Source of the DNA: an uncultured Dehalococcoidia bacterium
GTDB taxonomy: Bacteria; Chloroflexota; Dehalococcoidia; Lucifugimonadales; CAJWER01
Assembly: GCA_958296115.1 (NCBI GenBank)
Contig: OY282442.1
Span: 1,902,943-1,966,942 of the forward strand
DNA: 64,000 bases
Reading direction: 5' to 3'
Shown: one piece after another, positions 8,477-17,899 of the stretch
Numbering within the stretch: the stretch's first letter is position 1
Layout: the number at the start of each line of letters is the position of its first letter
Notes under the pieces: generated by a model
What the model saw: the letters and a program-made list of their open reading frames with translations, nothing else
What the model was told of the DNA's origin: nothing
The model's database searches: none
Program-made: the position numbers and the translations under genes

Positions 8477-8887
8477 ATGAAAGCCGTGAAGCCTGTCCTG
8501 TCGGTGTATTTGGTAGCGATAGCGACGGTCGTGGGCGTGTACTTCACGATTTCGCCGCTGGTTGACGGCGTGATTGCGGGGCACGTGGTCTGGGACATCC
8601 TCAACTTCTTCATGGCGGCCGGCGTTCTCATCGCGCTTGGGTTCAGCTATGTGCGTAAGAGAGAGGTGGATGGGTCTGGGTCTGGCGACGTGTGGGCTCG
8701 GCTGGCGGTCAACGCGCTCTTCTACGCGGCCTTGTGGCTGACGATATGGTTCTTCTGGAACTGGTTCGTAGAGCTGATGGACCGTGATTGGAGCCACCTG
8801 TGGAAGCAAATCAATCCGCTGTTCGCAATCGTGGTGGGCGTGGCCGGCGCGCGGATGTGGCGCGAGGCGAGGGACTCCGAAAAGTGA
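8477..8887 (+). CDS. small 4-TM membrane protein (paralog B)
   Basis: 136 aa, a tandem paralog of 7954..8367. Confidence 0.6.
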   Translation: MKAVKPVLSVYLVAIATVVGVYFTISPLVDGVIAGHVVWDILNFFMAAGVLIALGFSYVRKREVDGSGSGDVWARLAVNALFYAALWLTIWFFWNWFVELMDRDWSHLWKQINPLFAIVVGVAGARMWREARDSEK

Positions 8888-8915
8888 GCCGCAGCCCCTT
8901 GGCGGCGCTGCGGGG

Positions 8916-9608
8916 ATGGTGAATCCGCAGGGGGAGCGGTGCCCGCTGTGCGGCTCGGAGGCGGAGCCGTTTCACCGGGTGAGCAACCGGGCGATGAGGC
9001 GCGACTTCGTTCACTGCGGCGTGTGCGACTTGGTATCCGCGCCGCGGCGCTTCCACGTCGGGCCGGATGCGGAGCGGCATCGTTACTTGGAACACGACAA
9101 CGACCCGGACGACGCCGATTACCGCGCGTTTCTCGGCCGGCTGTGGGAACATCTCAGGCCTCGGCTGGAACCGGGGTCTCACGGCATGGACTACGGCGCG
9201 GGGCCCGGCCCGGCGCTGGCGGCGATGATGCGCGAGGACGGGTTCGAGGTTTCGCTGTACGACAAGCTCTTCCACCTGGATCGGGCTGCGCTGGCGAGGA
9301 CATACGACTTCATCGTATGCACGGAGACGGTGGAGCATTTCGACGACCCGGCGCGGGAGTTCGACACGCTGGACAGGCTGTTGAAGCCGTCAGGCTGGCT
9401 GGGGATAATGACTGCGATGCTGGACGACTGGGCGGGTTTCCCAGAGTGGCATTACCACCGGGACCCGACTCACGTGGGCTTCTACACGGAGCGCGTCATG
9501 CGATGGATCGCCGACAGGCACGGCTGGGAGGCCGAGTTTCCGCGTGAGAACGTAACTCTGTTCCGCAAGGGCAGTAGGGACGCGGAACGACGTGAGGCGC
9601 GTATATGA
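8916..9608 (+). CDS. class I SAM-dependent methyltransferase with N-terminal Cys4 zinc-ribbon
   Basis: It contains CPLCGSEAEPF...HCGVCDL followed by the motif I region GMDYGAGPG. The ATG at 8916 was chosen. Its stop overlaps the start of the NHL gene. Confidence 0.7.
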   Translation: MVNPQGERCPLCGSEAEPFHRVSNRAMRRDFVHCGVCDLVSAPRRFHVGPDAERHRYLEHDNDPDDADYRAFLGRLWEHLRPRLEPGSHGMDYGAGPGPALAAMMREDGFEVSLYDKLFHLDRAALARTYDFIVCTETVEHFDDPAREFDTLDRLLKPSGWLGIMTAMLDDWAGFPEWHYHRDPTHVGFYTERVMRWIADRHGWEAEFPRENVTLFRKGSRDAERREARI

Positions 9609-11722
9609 GCCTCCAGGATATTTTCGCCCGGCTGGAGCCTGGCGCCATAGCGACGATCGCCGGGGTTGGCTACGTAGAGGGGGTGGCCGCGAAGGACGCG
9701 CCTGCCGGGTGGCCGCTCGGCATCGCGCGGGACCTTGCCGGGGACCTGATAGTGGTGGACTACTGGGGGCACCGGATATGGCGGATAGGCGGGGACGGGA
9801 TATTGTGCCTGTTCGCGGGCGACGGGACGCCGGGCTTCGCGGGCGACGGAGGGCCGGCGTCTGATGCGCGGTTCGACCAGCCTCACGACCTGCGTATAGA
9901 CAAGCATGGCAACATGTACGTGTCGGACCTGGGGAACCATCGCATCAGGCGGATAGACGGTCAGACGGGCATCATCACCACGATAGCGGGCAACGGGAAG
10001 GTCGGGCGCGGCGGCGACGGAGGGCCTGCGGTGGATGCGGAGCTGGACACGCATTGCGGCATCGCGGTGGACGACGACGGCAACGTGTATATATCGAGCG
10101 AGTGGGCGAACAACATACGTCGCATAGACGCCAAGACGGGCGTCATCACCAGGTTCGCGGGCTGGGACGCGCGTCATCATCCGTCGGAGCGCGGGAGCAG
10201 CTGGCCGGCGTCGGGTCCTGGTCATAGCATGGGCGGGTATCACGGCGACGGCGGCCCTGCGCGGGACGCGGGGTTCCATCACCCTGAGCACCTGGCGTTC
10301 GACTCGCGGGGCGACCTGTACGTGTGCGACAACTCGAATCACCGCATACGCAAAATCGACATGGAATCGGGAATCGTGTCGACAGTGTTCGGAAATGGGC
10401 AGGCGGCGTCGAACGGGGACGGAGGGCCTGCGGTGGAGGCGAGCGTGTTCATGCCCGACGCGATATATGTTGACGGCTCGGACAACCTGTACGTTGGCGA
10501 GAAGTACGGCTTCAGGATACGCAGGGTTGACGGCGCGACGGGGATTGTGGAGACGCTGGTCGGAACTGGGTCGCCTGGGTTTGGAGAGGAGGGGCTGCCG
10601 GGGCCGGAGACGCGCTGCAATTCCTGCGAGGTTGGGGTGTGGGCCGATGCTGACGGGACGACGCTCTGGTCGGACTGCTCAGGGCGGGTCAGGCGGCGCG
10701 ACGGGGAGACTGGCGTCGTAACAACCGTCCTCGGGGGTACGAGCGTACACGACGGGGAGGAGGCCGGGTCTGCGTTCCTGCGCGGTCCGGGCGGCATATC
10801 GGTCGGGCCGGACGGCGGCTTGTACTTCGCGGACGTGTGGAACCAGCGTATTCGGGCGATAGACCCGGCTACGGGGGTGATACGGACGGTCGCCGGCAAC
10901 GGCGCGAGAGCGCACGGCGAGGACAACGGCCCGGCAGTGGAGGCGTATCTCGGCAATCCGAACGACGTGTCGGTGGATTCGCGCGGGCGCGTGGTGATCG
11001 CGGATACGAGGCATGGACACGTTCGCCGGGTGGATGAGGACGGCATAATCCGCGTGGTGGCGGGCACGGGGGAGAAGTGGGACATGGGTGACGGCGGGCC
11101 TGCGGTCGGGGCGCGCCTGATGCAGGTGATGTCGGTCGAGCGCGGTCCTGGAGAGGACATATACGTCGGCGACGTCGGGGCGGGCCGCATCAGGCGGATC
11201 GACGCGGATACGGGCATAATAGAGAGTGTGGCGGGCACAGGCGCGCCCGGCTATTCTGGGGACGGGGGGCCGGCGGTCGAAGCGCAGGTCGGGGCTCCAA
11301 CGGCTATCAGGTTCGACGGCGCGGGGAATCTATACTTCAGCGACGGCGACCACCACGTGGTGCGGAAGATAGACTCAGAGGGGATGATAACCACCATCGC
11401 GGGGACTGGCGGCAGGGGGTTTTCGGAGGACGGGACGCCGGCGGACAGCGCCAGACTGAGCGGGCCTCAGGGGCTGGAGGTATCGCGCGAGGGCGAGGTC
11501 TACGTGTCGGACACGGGGAACAACCGTGTGCGGCGGATTGCGTCGGACGGCAGTATCAGGACGGTGGCGGGCTGCGCGGAGGCGGGAGACTTCGGGGACG
11601 GCGGGCCGGCGTGCGAGGCGGGGCTGAACGCCCCGGACGGCCTGCGGCTCTATGGCGAGGATATACTGGTGGTCTCGGACAGGCTGAACAACCGTATCAA
11701 GGCGGTGAGGCTGCGCGAATGA
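9605..11722 (+). CDS. NHL-repeat beta-propeller protein (about 12 blades), no signal peptide
   Basis: Blades of the form GDGGPA..A.l..P..v..D..GnlYv.D..NhRIRrid..tGii.TvAG recur throughout the 705 aa. It is a paralog of 43411..45555. Confidence 0.8.
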   Translation: MSLQDIFARLEPGAIATIAGVGYVEGVAAKDAPAGWPLGIARDLAGDLIVVDYWGHRIWRIGGDGILCLFAGDGTPGFAGDGGPASDARFDQPHDLRIDKHGNMYVSDLGNHRIRRIDGQTGIITTIAGNGKVGRGGDGGPAVDAELDTHCGIAVDDDGNVYISSEWANNIRRIDAKTGVITRFAGWDARHHPSERGSSWPASGPGHSMGGYHGDGGPARDAGFHHPEHLAFDSRGDLYVCDNSNHRIRKIDMESGIVSTVFGNGQAASNGDGGPAVEASVFMPDAIYVDGSDNLYVGEKYGFRIRRVDGATGIVETLVGTGSPGFGEEGLPGPETRCNSCEVGVWADADGTTLWSDCSGRVRRRDGETGVVTTVLGGTSVHDGEEAGSAFLRGPGGISVGPDGGLYFADVWNQRIRAIDPATGVIRTVAGNGARAHGEDNGPAVEAYLGNPNDVSVDSRGRVVIADTRHGHVRRVDEDGIIRVVAGTGEKWDMGDGGPAVGARLMQVMSVERGPGEDIYVGDVGAGRIRRIDADTGIIESVAGTGAPGYSGDGGPAVEAQVGAPTAIRFDGAGNLYFSDGDHHVVRKIDSEGMITTIAGTGGRGFSEDGTPADSARLSGPQGLEVSREGEVYVSDTGNNRVRRIASDGSIRTVAGCAEAGDFGDGGPACEAGLNAPDGLRLYGEDILVVSDRLNNRIKAVRLRE

Positions 11723-12300
11723 GCCCCAGATACGACAGCGAATGGATAGCGAGATTGCTGGACGGCGAGGAGAGGTTCGGAGGGGCCGACCCGCGTGAGA
11801 TGCTGGCTGCGGAGGGCATTGCCGAGGGGCATGCGGTGGTGGATTACGGCTGCGGCCCTGGATATCTCACGCTTGCGGCTGCGGAGCTGGTTGGCGCTGC
11901 GGGTATGGTGTACGCGGTGGACCTGGAGCCGAGCATGGTGGACCTGGTGAGTCGGCGCGCGGCCGATGCTGGGTTCTCGAACGTGGGGACCGCTGCGAGC
12001 AACGGCGTGAACGCGCCAGCGCCGGACGGGGCGGCGGACTTCGTGATATGCGCGCTGATAATGCACTACCAGGAGACGCGCGAGGAGCGGGTCGCGGTGG
12101 TCCGGGACGCGGCGCGGCTGCTCAGGCCCGGCGGCAAGGCGGTGTTCGTGCAGTGGAAGTCGGAGGGTGGCCGGTCGTCTGGCGTCACGTTCGACTCGCT
12201 GGCGGACATCGCGGCCGAAGCCGGGCTTGCGATAGAGGGGCCGTATCACGTGTCGGACGCGCAGTACAAGGCAATCGCGCGCAAGGAGGCTGGCAATTAA
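11719..12300 (+). CDS. class I SAM-dependent methyltransferase
   Basis: VVDYGCGPGYLTLAAAE is the motif I. The ATG at 11719 overlaps the NHL gene stop (ATGA). Confidence 0.7.
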   Translation: MSPRYDSEWIARLLDGEERFGGADPREMLAAEGIAEGHAVVDYGCGPGYLTLAAAELVGAAGMVYAVDLEPSMVDLVSRRAADAGFSNVGTAASNGVNAPAPDGAADFVICALIMHYQETREERVAVVRDAARLLRPGGKAVFVQWKSEGGRSSGVTFDSLADIAAEAGLAIEGPYHVSDAQYKAIARKEAGN

Positions 12301-12304
12301 GAGG

Positions 12305-12619
12305 GTGGGGTTCCTGCTCAAGGTGAAAGAGGAGCGGCTGGAGGAGTACAAGTCGCATCATAGGGCGGTCTCGCCGGAGATGCTGGAGGCGCTTTCGCGG
12401 AACGGATGGCGCAACTACTCGCTGTTCATGCGGGAGGACGGGCTGCTGTTTGGGTACTTCGAGGCGGACGAGAGCCTGGAGGCGTCGCTGGCCGGGATGG
12501 ATGGCGAGGAGGCGAACCGCCGCTGGCAGGAGCTGATGGCGCCGTTCTTCGAGATTCCGCCGGGGGCGCGGCCGGACCAGACGCTCGTCGAGCTTGAGGA
12601 GGTCTTTCATATCGACTGA
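12305..12619 (+). CDS. rhaM: L-rhamnose mutarotase
   Basis: 104 aa. The sequence LKVKEERLEEYKSHHRAVSPEMLEALSRNGWRNYSLFMREDGLLFGYFE is typical of the RhaM family. Confidence 0.75.
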   Translation: MGFLLKVKEERLEEYKSHHRAVSPEMLEALSRNGWRNYSLFMREDGLLFGYFEADESLEASLAGMDGEEANRRWQELMAPFFEIPPGARPDQTLVELEEVFHID

Positions 12620-12664
12620 CGGCGGCGAGTGGAATCTGAAGACGTAGAAGCGGAGGCTGGCAGA

Positions 12665-13426
12665 ATGAGACTCAAGGACAAGGTGGCTATCGTTACGGGG
12701 GGCGCGTCTGGGATTGGCCGGGCCATCTGCGAGTTGTTCGCAGAGGAGGGGGCGATGGTTACCATCGCGGACATAGACATAGAGGGCGGCCAGGAGACGC
12801 TTCGGCTGATCCAGGACGCTCACGGGGTCGCCACGTTCATCAGGGCGGACGTTTCCGTGGAATCCGAGATAGCGGGGATGGTGGACGCATCGGTCCGGGC
12901 GTTCGGCAAGATAGACGTGCTGGTCAACGACGCGGCGGCGTTCGTGTTCGGGCGCATCGAGGACGTGACGGCAGACGATTGGGAGCGCGTTCTGGGTGTG
13001 AACGTGATAGGGCCGGCGAACGCGGTCAGGCACACGCTGCCGCACATGCGGGCGGCTGGCGGCGGCTCGATAGTGAACATCGCGTCGGTGAGCAGCTTCA
13101 TCGCGCAGCCGGGGTTCGTGCCGTACAATTCGTCCAAGGGGGCGCTGCTGCAGCTCACGCGGTGCCTAGCGATGGACCTTGCGCCGGACAACATACGGGT
13201 CAACTGCGTGTGTCCGGGGGCTATTCGGACGCCGGCGTCCGAGCTGCACCGGGCGTTCATCGGCGCGTCGGAGGAGGAGTTCTACCGTGACGCGGCCGGG
13301 GCCAGCTACCTCAAGCGGGTGGGGCATCCGCGCGAGGTGGCGCAGGGCGCGCTCTTCCTGGCGTCGGACGAGGCGTCGTTCGTAACGGGGACGCCGCTGA
13401 TAATGGACGGCGGCGGCGTGGGCTGA
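12665..13426 (+). CDS. SDR family oxidoreductase
   Basis: It has the TGGASGIGRA cofactor motif, NIASVSS...YNSSKGAL (YxxxK), and a classical SDR length. Confidence 0.85.
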   Translation: MRLKDKVAIVTGGASGIGRAICELFAEEGAMVTIADIDIEGGQETLRLIQDAHGVATFIRADVSVESEIAGMVDASVRAFGKIDVLVNDAAAFVFGRIEDVTADDWERVLGVNVIGPANAVRHTLPHMRAAGGGSIVNIASVSSFIAQPGFVPYNSSKGALLQLTRCLAMDLAPDNIRVNCVCPGAIRTPASELHRAFIGASEEEFYRDAAGASYLKRVGHPREVAQGALFLASDEASFVTGTPLIMDGGGVG

Positions 13427-13486
13427 AACCTCGGCAAGGCGCCCATGCCCGGCGAGGCTGGCGGCGCTGCGAATTGGGAGGACACC

Positions 13487-13699
13487 GTGTGCAGGAGCAT
13501 CAAGACCCTCAGGAGGACGGGCGAGCCCCCAACGGCCGATGAGATAGACGCAGCCGCTCTGCAGTTCGTCAGGAAGATCAGCGGCTACCGGCGTCCATCC
13601 GCCGCCAACAAGCAAGCGTTCGACGCCGCCGTTGCGGAGGTCGCCGAGTCGTCGAGCAGGCTGCTCGCGTCATTCAGGACAGGGACCAAGTCGGCATAG
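13487..13699 (+). CDS. DUF2277-like small protein
   Basis: (M)CRSIKTLRR...PTADEIDAAALQFVRKISGY matches the MCRNIKTL... family as I recall it. The GTG at 13487 has a GGGAGG upstream. Confidence 0.55.
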   Translation: MCRSIKTLRRTGEPPTADEIDAAALQFVRKISGYRRPSAANKQAFDAAVAEVAESSSRLLASFRTGTKSA

Positions 13700-13729
13700 C
13701 CCGGCTCCAGCCAAACGGCGCGGCGCCAG

Positions 13730-14989
13730 TCAGGCGTGGGAGACCGCAGTCTGCGGGGACGCCTTCGGGAGTGTGAACGTGAAGGCGCTGCCGCGGTGGA
13801 GAGCGCTCTCGACCCATATCCGCCCGCCGTGCGCCTCCACTATCCCCTTGGCGATGCTCAGCCCCAGGCCAGCCCCGCCTGACTCGCGCGACCTAGACGC
13901 GTCGACCCTGTAGGATCGCTCGAACACCCTGTCCACGTCTCCGCCCGGTATCCCCTCCCCCGTATCCTCGACCTCCACCCGCACCTCTGCCCCGGCGTCG
14001 CGCGCGCGGATGTGGATGGAGCCGTCGGGCGGAGTGTGCCTGATAGCGTTCTGGACCAGGTTATAGATGACCCGCTGGACTCGCTGCGTGTCCATCCTCA
14101 CGGGGGGCAGCTCCTCATCGACGACGCCCTCGAGTCTCAACTTGTGGGTAATGGCCTGGGCGGACATGCTCTCTAGGGTGTCCGATATCAGGTCCTGCAG
14201 CAGCGCAGTTTCCATGTGAAGCTTCAGCGAACCCGCCGCTATCTGCGATAGCTCGAACAGGTCGTCCACGAGCCGGCTGAGACGGTCTATCTCCGACATG
14301 CTAGTCGCCAAGTAACGCCGAACCGTTTCAGGGTCCGACACCACGCCGTCGTACATGCTCTCTATCATCGCCCTGATGGACGAGAGGGGCGTCCTCAGGT
14401 CATGCGACACTGCGGATATGAGCTCGCGGCGCGCCTCCTCCATCTCCCGCTCCCTGGCCATGCCCGCCTGAAGCTTCCCCGCCATCGCGTTGAACGCCTC
14501 AGCGAGCTCCCCGACCTCGTCCCTGGACTGAACCGGCGCCCTGGTCTCGAGGTCCCCCTCGCTTATGCGCTCGGCGGCGATCGCAAGCCCTCGGATCGAC
14601 CGCGCCGTCGGCTCGGAGAGCGTGAACGCCACGAAAACCGATATGCCGACCGAGAAGCCCAGCAGCCCGGCAAGCAGCCCCAAGTCATGCGGAGACAGGA
14701 ACATCAGCGCAGCCGTCACCGCCACGTTGAACAGCGCCAGCAACGCGGTCATCGTGGAGATGAGCGCCAGCCTCACGCGCAGCGACATCGCCCAGCGCGG
14801 CAGCCCGAACCGCACCGCCACCAGGCCGAGCGCTATGGACCCGCCGCCCGAAAGGGTGAGATATGCGACGAGCGCTGCCAGGTCGGACGCGGTCGGGTTG
14901 AGGATTGCCGCCGTCAGCGCAGTCACCAGGGCGCACAGCGCCAGTAGCGCCGCCAGCCCAGCCAGCGCCATGTTTAGCGTGGACGTCAT
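13730..14989 (-). CDS. sensor histidine kinase (2 TM, HAMP, HisKA, HATPase_c)
   Basis: It shows the H-box SAVSHDLRTPLSSI, the N-box NLVQNAIRHTP, and the G-boxes DTGEGIP and GGAGLGLSIAKGIV. Confidence 0.9.
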   Translation of the reverse strand: MTSTLNMALAGLAALLALCALVTALTAAILNPTASDLAALVAYLTLSGGGSIALGLVAVRFGLPRWAMSLRVRLALISTMTALLALFNVAVTAALMFLSPHDLGLLAGLLGFSVGISVFVAFTLSEPTARSIRGLAIAAERISEGDLETRAPVQSRDEVGELAEAFNAMAGKLQAGMAREREMEEARRELISAVSHDLRTPLSSIRAMIESMYDGVVSDPETVRRYLATSMSEIDRLSRLVDDLFELSQIAAGSLKLHMETALLQDLISDTLESMSAQAITHKLRLEGVVDEELPPVRMDTQRVQRVIYNLVQNAIRHTPPDGSIHIRARDAGAEVRVEVEDTGEGIPGGDVDRVFERSYRVDASRSRESGGAGLGLSIAKGIVEAHGGRIWVESALHRGSAFTFTLPKASPQTAVSHA

Positions 14990-14996
14990 CGCAAGT

Positions 14997-15680
14997 CTAA
15001 CCTTCGAACTTATACCCCACCCCCCAGACGGTCTTGACGTAGCGAGGCTTCACGGGGTCAGCCTCTACCTTCTCGCGCAGCCGCCTGATATGCACGGTCA
15101 CCGTGCTCGTATCCCCTGCGTAGGTGTAGTCCCAGGCATGGTCCATGAGCTGCTCGCGGGTGAATACCTGGTTGGGGTTGGACGCTAGGAAGAAGAGGAG
15201 GTCGAACTCCTTGCCGGTGAGATTCACCTCCTCGCCGCCCCGGGTCACCGCGCGAGTCTGCGGGTTGATGGTCAGGTCGTCGAAGCGGAGGACACCGCCC
15301 GCGCCGATTACCGGGCCGGCGGACGCGCGCCGCAGCACGGACCGCACCCGCGCAACCAGCTCGCGCGGGCTGAACGGCTTCGACATGTAGTCGTCGGCTC
15401 CAAGCTCCAGGCCCACGATGCGCTCGGTCTCGTCCCCGCGAGCCGTCAGCATGATTATCGGGACCTCGCTGTCCCGGCGCAGCCGGCGGCACACCTCGAG
15501 CCCGTCAATCTTTGGCAGCATCAGGTCGAGCACGACCAGATCCGGAGCCCACTCCTGGGCCAAGCGAAGGGCCTCCTCGCCGTCGGACGCGAGGGACACG
15601 TCGTAGCCCTGCAAGCTCAGGTACCGCTCCACCACCTCCGTCACGACTCTCTCGTCGTCAACCACGAGCACGCGCGCCAT
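14997..15680 (-). CDS. OmpR-family response regulator
   Basis: It has the receiver region MARVLVVDDE...DLVVLDLMLP and a winged-helix C-terminus ending VKTVWGVGYKF. The ATG at 15680 was chosen. Confidence 0.9.
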   Translation of the reverse strand: MARVLVVDDERVVTEVVERYLSLQGYDVSLASDGEEALRLAQEWAPDLVVLDLMLPKIDGLEVCRRLRRDSEVPIIMLTARGDETERIVGLELGADDYMSKPFSPRELVARVRSVLRRASAGPVIGAGGVLRFDDLTINPQTRAVTRGGEEVNLTGKEFDLLFFLASNPNQVFTREQLMDHAWDYTYAGDTSTVTVHIRRLREKVEADPVKPRYVKTVWGVGYKFEG

Positions 15681-15984
15681 CTCAGCCTCCGTCAGCCCTC
15701 CGGCCAGAGCCATTCCAGGCTTCACCGCAGCCGTAGTGTACATTGTCTACCTCGCCCCTCTACTTGCCGCATAACCTATCGCCGTACACTTGCTGCACGA
15801 TTACGAATCTTAACAAACGATAACCAAGGACATGGCTGCGTGAACCCCAGCCCCTTCATGGAATCGTAATAAACGCAGGCAGACCGTAATGAACGTCTGT
15901 TATCATGATTCGACCCAGCCATTAGGGGCGGCGTTGAGGTTGAGAGGCTTTTCAAACTCGCCAACGCCCGTGGAGGTATGACTA

Positions 15985-16635
15985 ATGTTCAGGATGCTCC
16001 GCCGCGCCGCGCCGCTCATCACGATGGTCCTGGTAGCGCTCTCGGCGTCGGCCTGCGGGGCTGGGGGGCCGGCCGAAACCGCCGCAGTCCAGCCTGTCGC
16101 CGACGCCGAGCCGACCGCCGTCCAGAAGCCAGAGCCCACCCAGCTCGCCGAAGTAGATTCCAGGTGGACCAAGTATATCGAGCCTGAGGTCCGCCCGGCC
16201 CCGGAGCTCGTCAGCATCACCGGCTGGCACAACACCAACCCCTTCAGCCTCGAGAGCAAGCGCGGGCAGGTGGTCATGGTCAAGTTCTGGACCTTCGGGT
16301 GCTACAACTGCGTCAACACCATGCCCTACGTGAACGCATGGCACGACAAGTACGCCGACGAGGGCCTCCTGATAGTCGGGGTCCACTACCCGGAGTTCGA
16401 TTTCGAGCGCGACCTCGAAGCCGTCATAGCATCCTCGGCAGAGCGCGGCCTGGAATATCCCATAGCCCAGGACAACACCGGCGCAACCTGGCGGGCTTAC
16501 GAAAACCGCTACTGGCCCACAATGTACCTCATAGACAAGAACGGCAACATCCGATACACGCACATCGGCGAAGGCGCCTACGACGAGACAGAGCGCAAGA
16601 TTCAGCAGCTCCTATCCGAGCCGGGCCCAGTTTGA
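15985..16635 (+). CDS. TlpA/ResA-like thioredoxin-fold lipoprotein (redoxin)
   Basis: It has a lipobox (LVALSASAC) and the active-site context FWTFGCYNC (CxxC), followed by RYWPTMYLIDKNG. Confidence 0.8.
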   Translation: MFRMLRRAAPLITMVLVALSASACGAGGPAETAAVQPVADAEPTAVQKPEPTQLAEVDSRWTKYIEPEVRPAPELVSITGWHNTNPFSLESKRGQVVMVKFWTFGCYNCVNTMPYVNAWHDKYADEGLLIVGVHYPEFDFERDLEAVIASSAERGLEYPIAQDNTGATWRAYENRYWPTMYLIDKNGNIRYTHIGEGAYDETERKIQQLLSEPGPV

Positions 16636-16773
16636 TGCCAACCCTCTTGTCACTTCTCCTTCTGGGGGAAGGTTAGGATGGGGGAGACTCCGGGTTCTTC
16701 AAAATGTCTTGAAACTCTTTCGCTAATCTGTATGCAAATCTTCCGGTGCAACCGGATACGCAGGAGGCATTGA

Positions 16774-17211
16774 ATGAAGAAGCGATGGATATTCATCCCC
16801 GCGGCGCTGGCGGCGCTGGCCGTTGCCATCACGGCCGGCGCAATCATGGCGCAGGAAGCCACCCCCACCCCAGCGGCCACGCCGGCCGCTACCGCCACCG
16901 CAGCGCCTACCGCCACCCCCACACCGACCTTCGCCGGGCGCGTCGCCACCATACTCGGCCTCACCGAGCAGGCCGTCTCCGACGCCATGGAGCAGGCCAA
17001 GAGCGAAATGCGCGACGCCGAGTTGCAGGCCAAGTTCGACGCCCTCGTCGAGAAGGGCATGATGACGCGGGCCGACGCCGACTCATACTTGGCGTGGCTC
17101 CGCACCAAGCCCGACGTGGACTTCGGCGAGAAATCCGAATTCGGCTTCGGCAAGGGCCGAGGACACTTCGGCGGCTGGGGCAAGGGCTGGGGTAAAGCCT
17201 GGCGCAAGTAG
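16774..17211 (+). CDS. secreted small protein with Ala/Thr/Pro linker and Gly/Trp/Lys-rich C-terminal tail
   Basis: It has the signal peptide MKKRWIFIPAALAALAVAITAGA and the tail GFGKGRGHFGGWGKGWGKAWRK. I recognise no family with confidence. Confidence 0.5.
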   Translation: MKKRWIFIPAALAALAVAITAGAIMAQEATPTPAATPAATATAAPTATPTPTFAGRVATILGLTEQAVSDAMEQAKSEMRDAELQAKFDALVEKGMMTRADADSYLAWLRTKPDVDFGEKSEFGFGKGRGHFGGWGKGWGKAWRK

Positions 17212-17289
17212 CCCCGACATAGCGCAACAAGCCTGGGACCGCGCCCAAGCCGTTAACATCCACGCACCGCGGCCGGCGCGCTCCTTCCC

Positions 17290-17329
17290 GATAGGGGAGG
17301 CCCGATCCATCGGGTCTCCCCTATCTTTC
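17290..17329. terminator. long hairpin between convergent genes (bidirectional terminator candidate)
   Basis: The sequence is GATAGGGGAGGCCCGATCCATCGGGTCTCCCCTATC followed by TTTC. It lies between the ends of 16774..17211 (+) and 17328..17798 (-). Confidence 0.6.
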
Positions 17330-17798
17330 ACTCACTCCTCCGCGCCGACTCCCGGACCTGCGCCGCGTGCTCCTCGATATGCCCTATCAAGTACCGCTCT
17401 ACCACGTCCCGCCCGCTGATAGACCCGGTGGAGTCCACCGCGTCCAGGTCCGGTTCTCTCATGCGCCGCAGGATAGCGAGCGCCTCCGCGCCCGACTCCG
17501 CCAGCTGGCCGAGTATCGTATCCACGTCATCCCTGGAGCGCCGCTCTATCTCCGCCGTTCGCCGCTCGGCCTCCTCCGGCGTCCTGCCCACCTCCCGCGC
17601 GTCCGCGATGTTGGCCGCCTTCCCCGCCCACAACGGCTGCATCTCTATCACGTGAGCGCACACCTCCGCAATCGTCCACTCCCCCTCCGCCGGGGCAGTC
17701 CACGCCTCCGCGTCCGTAACTCCGTCCAGAGCGCCCGACAACTCAGCCTGCGCCGCCACAAGACGACCAGCAAGAACTCCGACACTTGCTCCTAGCAT
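17328..17798 (-). CDS. DinB-family protein
   Basis: 156 aa with a helical-bundle pattern and His residues (EVCAHVIEM...GHIEEHAAQV). Confidence 0.65.
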   Translation of the reverse strand: MLGASVGVLAGRLVAAQAELSGALDGVTDAEAWTAPAEGEWTIAEVCAHVIEMQPLWAGKAANIADAREVGRTPEEAERRTAEIERRSRDDVDTILGQLAESGAEALAILRRMREPDLDAVDSTGSISGRDVVERYLIGHIEEHAAQVRESARRSE

Positions 17799-17899
17799 GA
17801 ATCATACTCCTCCGGGCGCAGTCCGCCCAAGCTCATGAATATCCTATATACTCTACAAGGACAAAGACCCGCTAATCCACCATCGCGCCAGGAGCAGCC

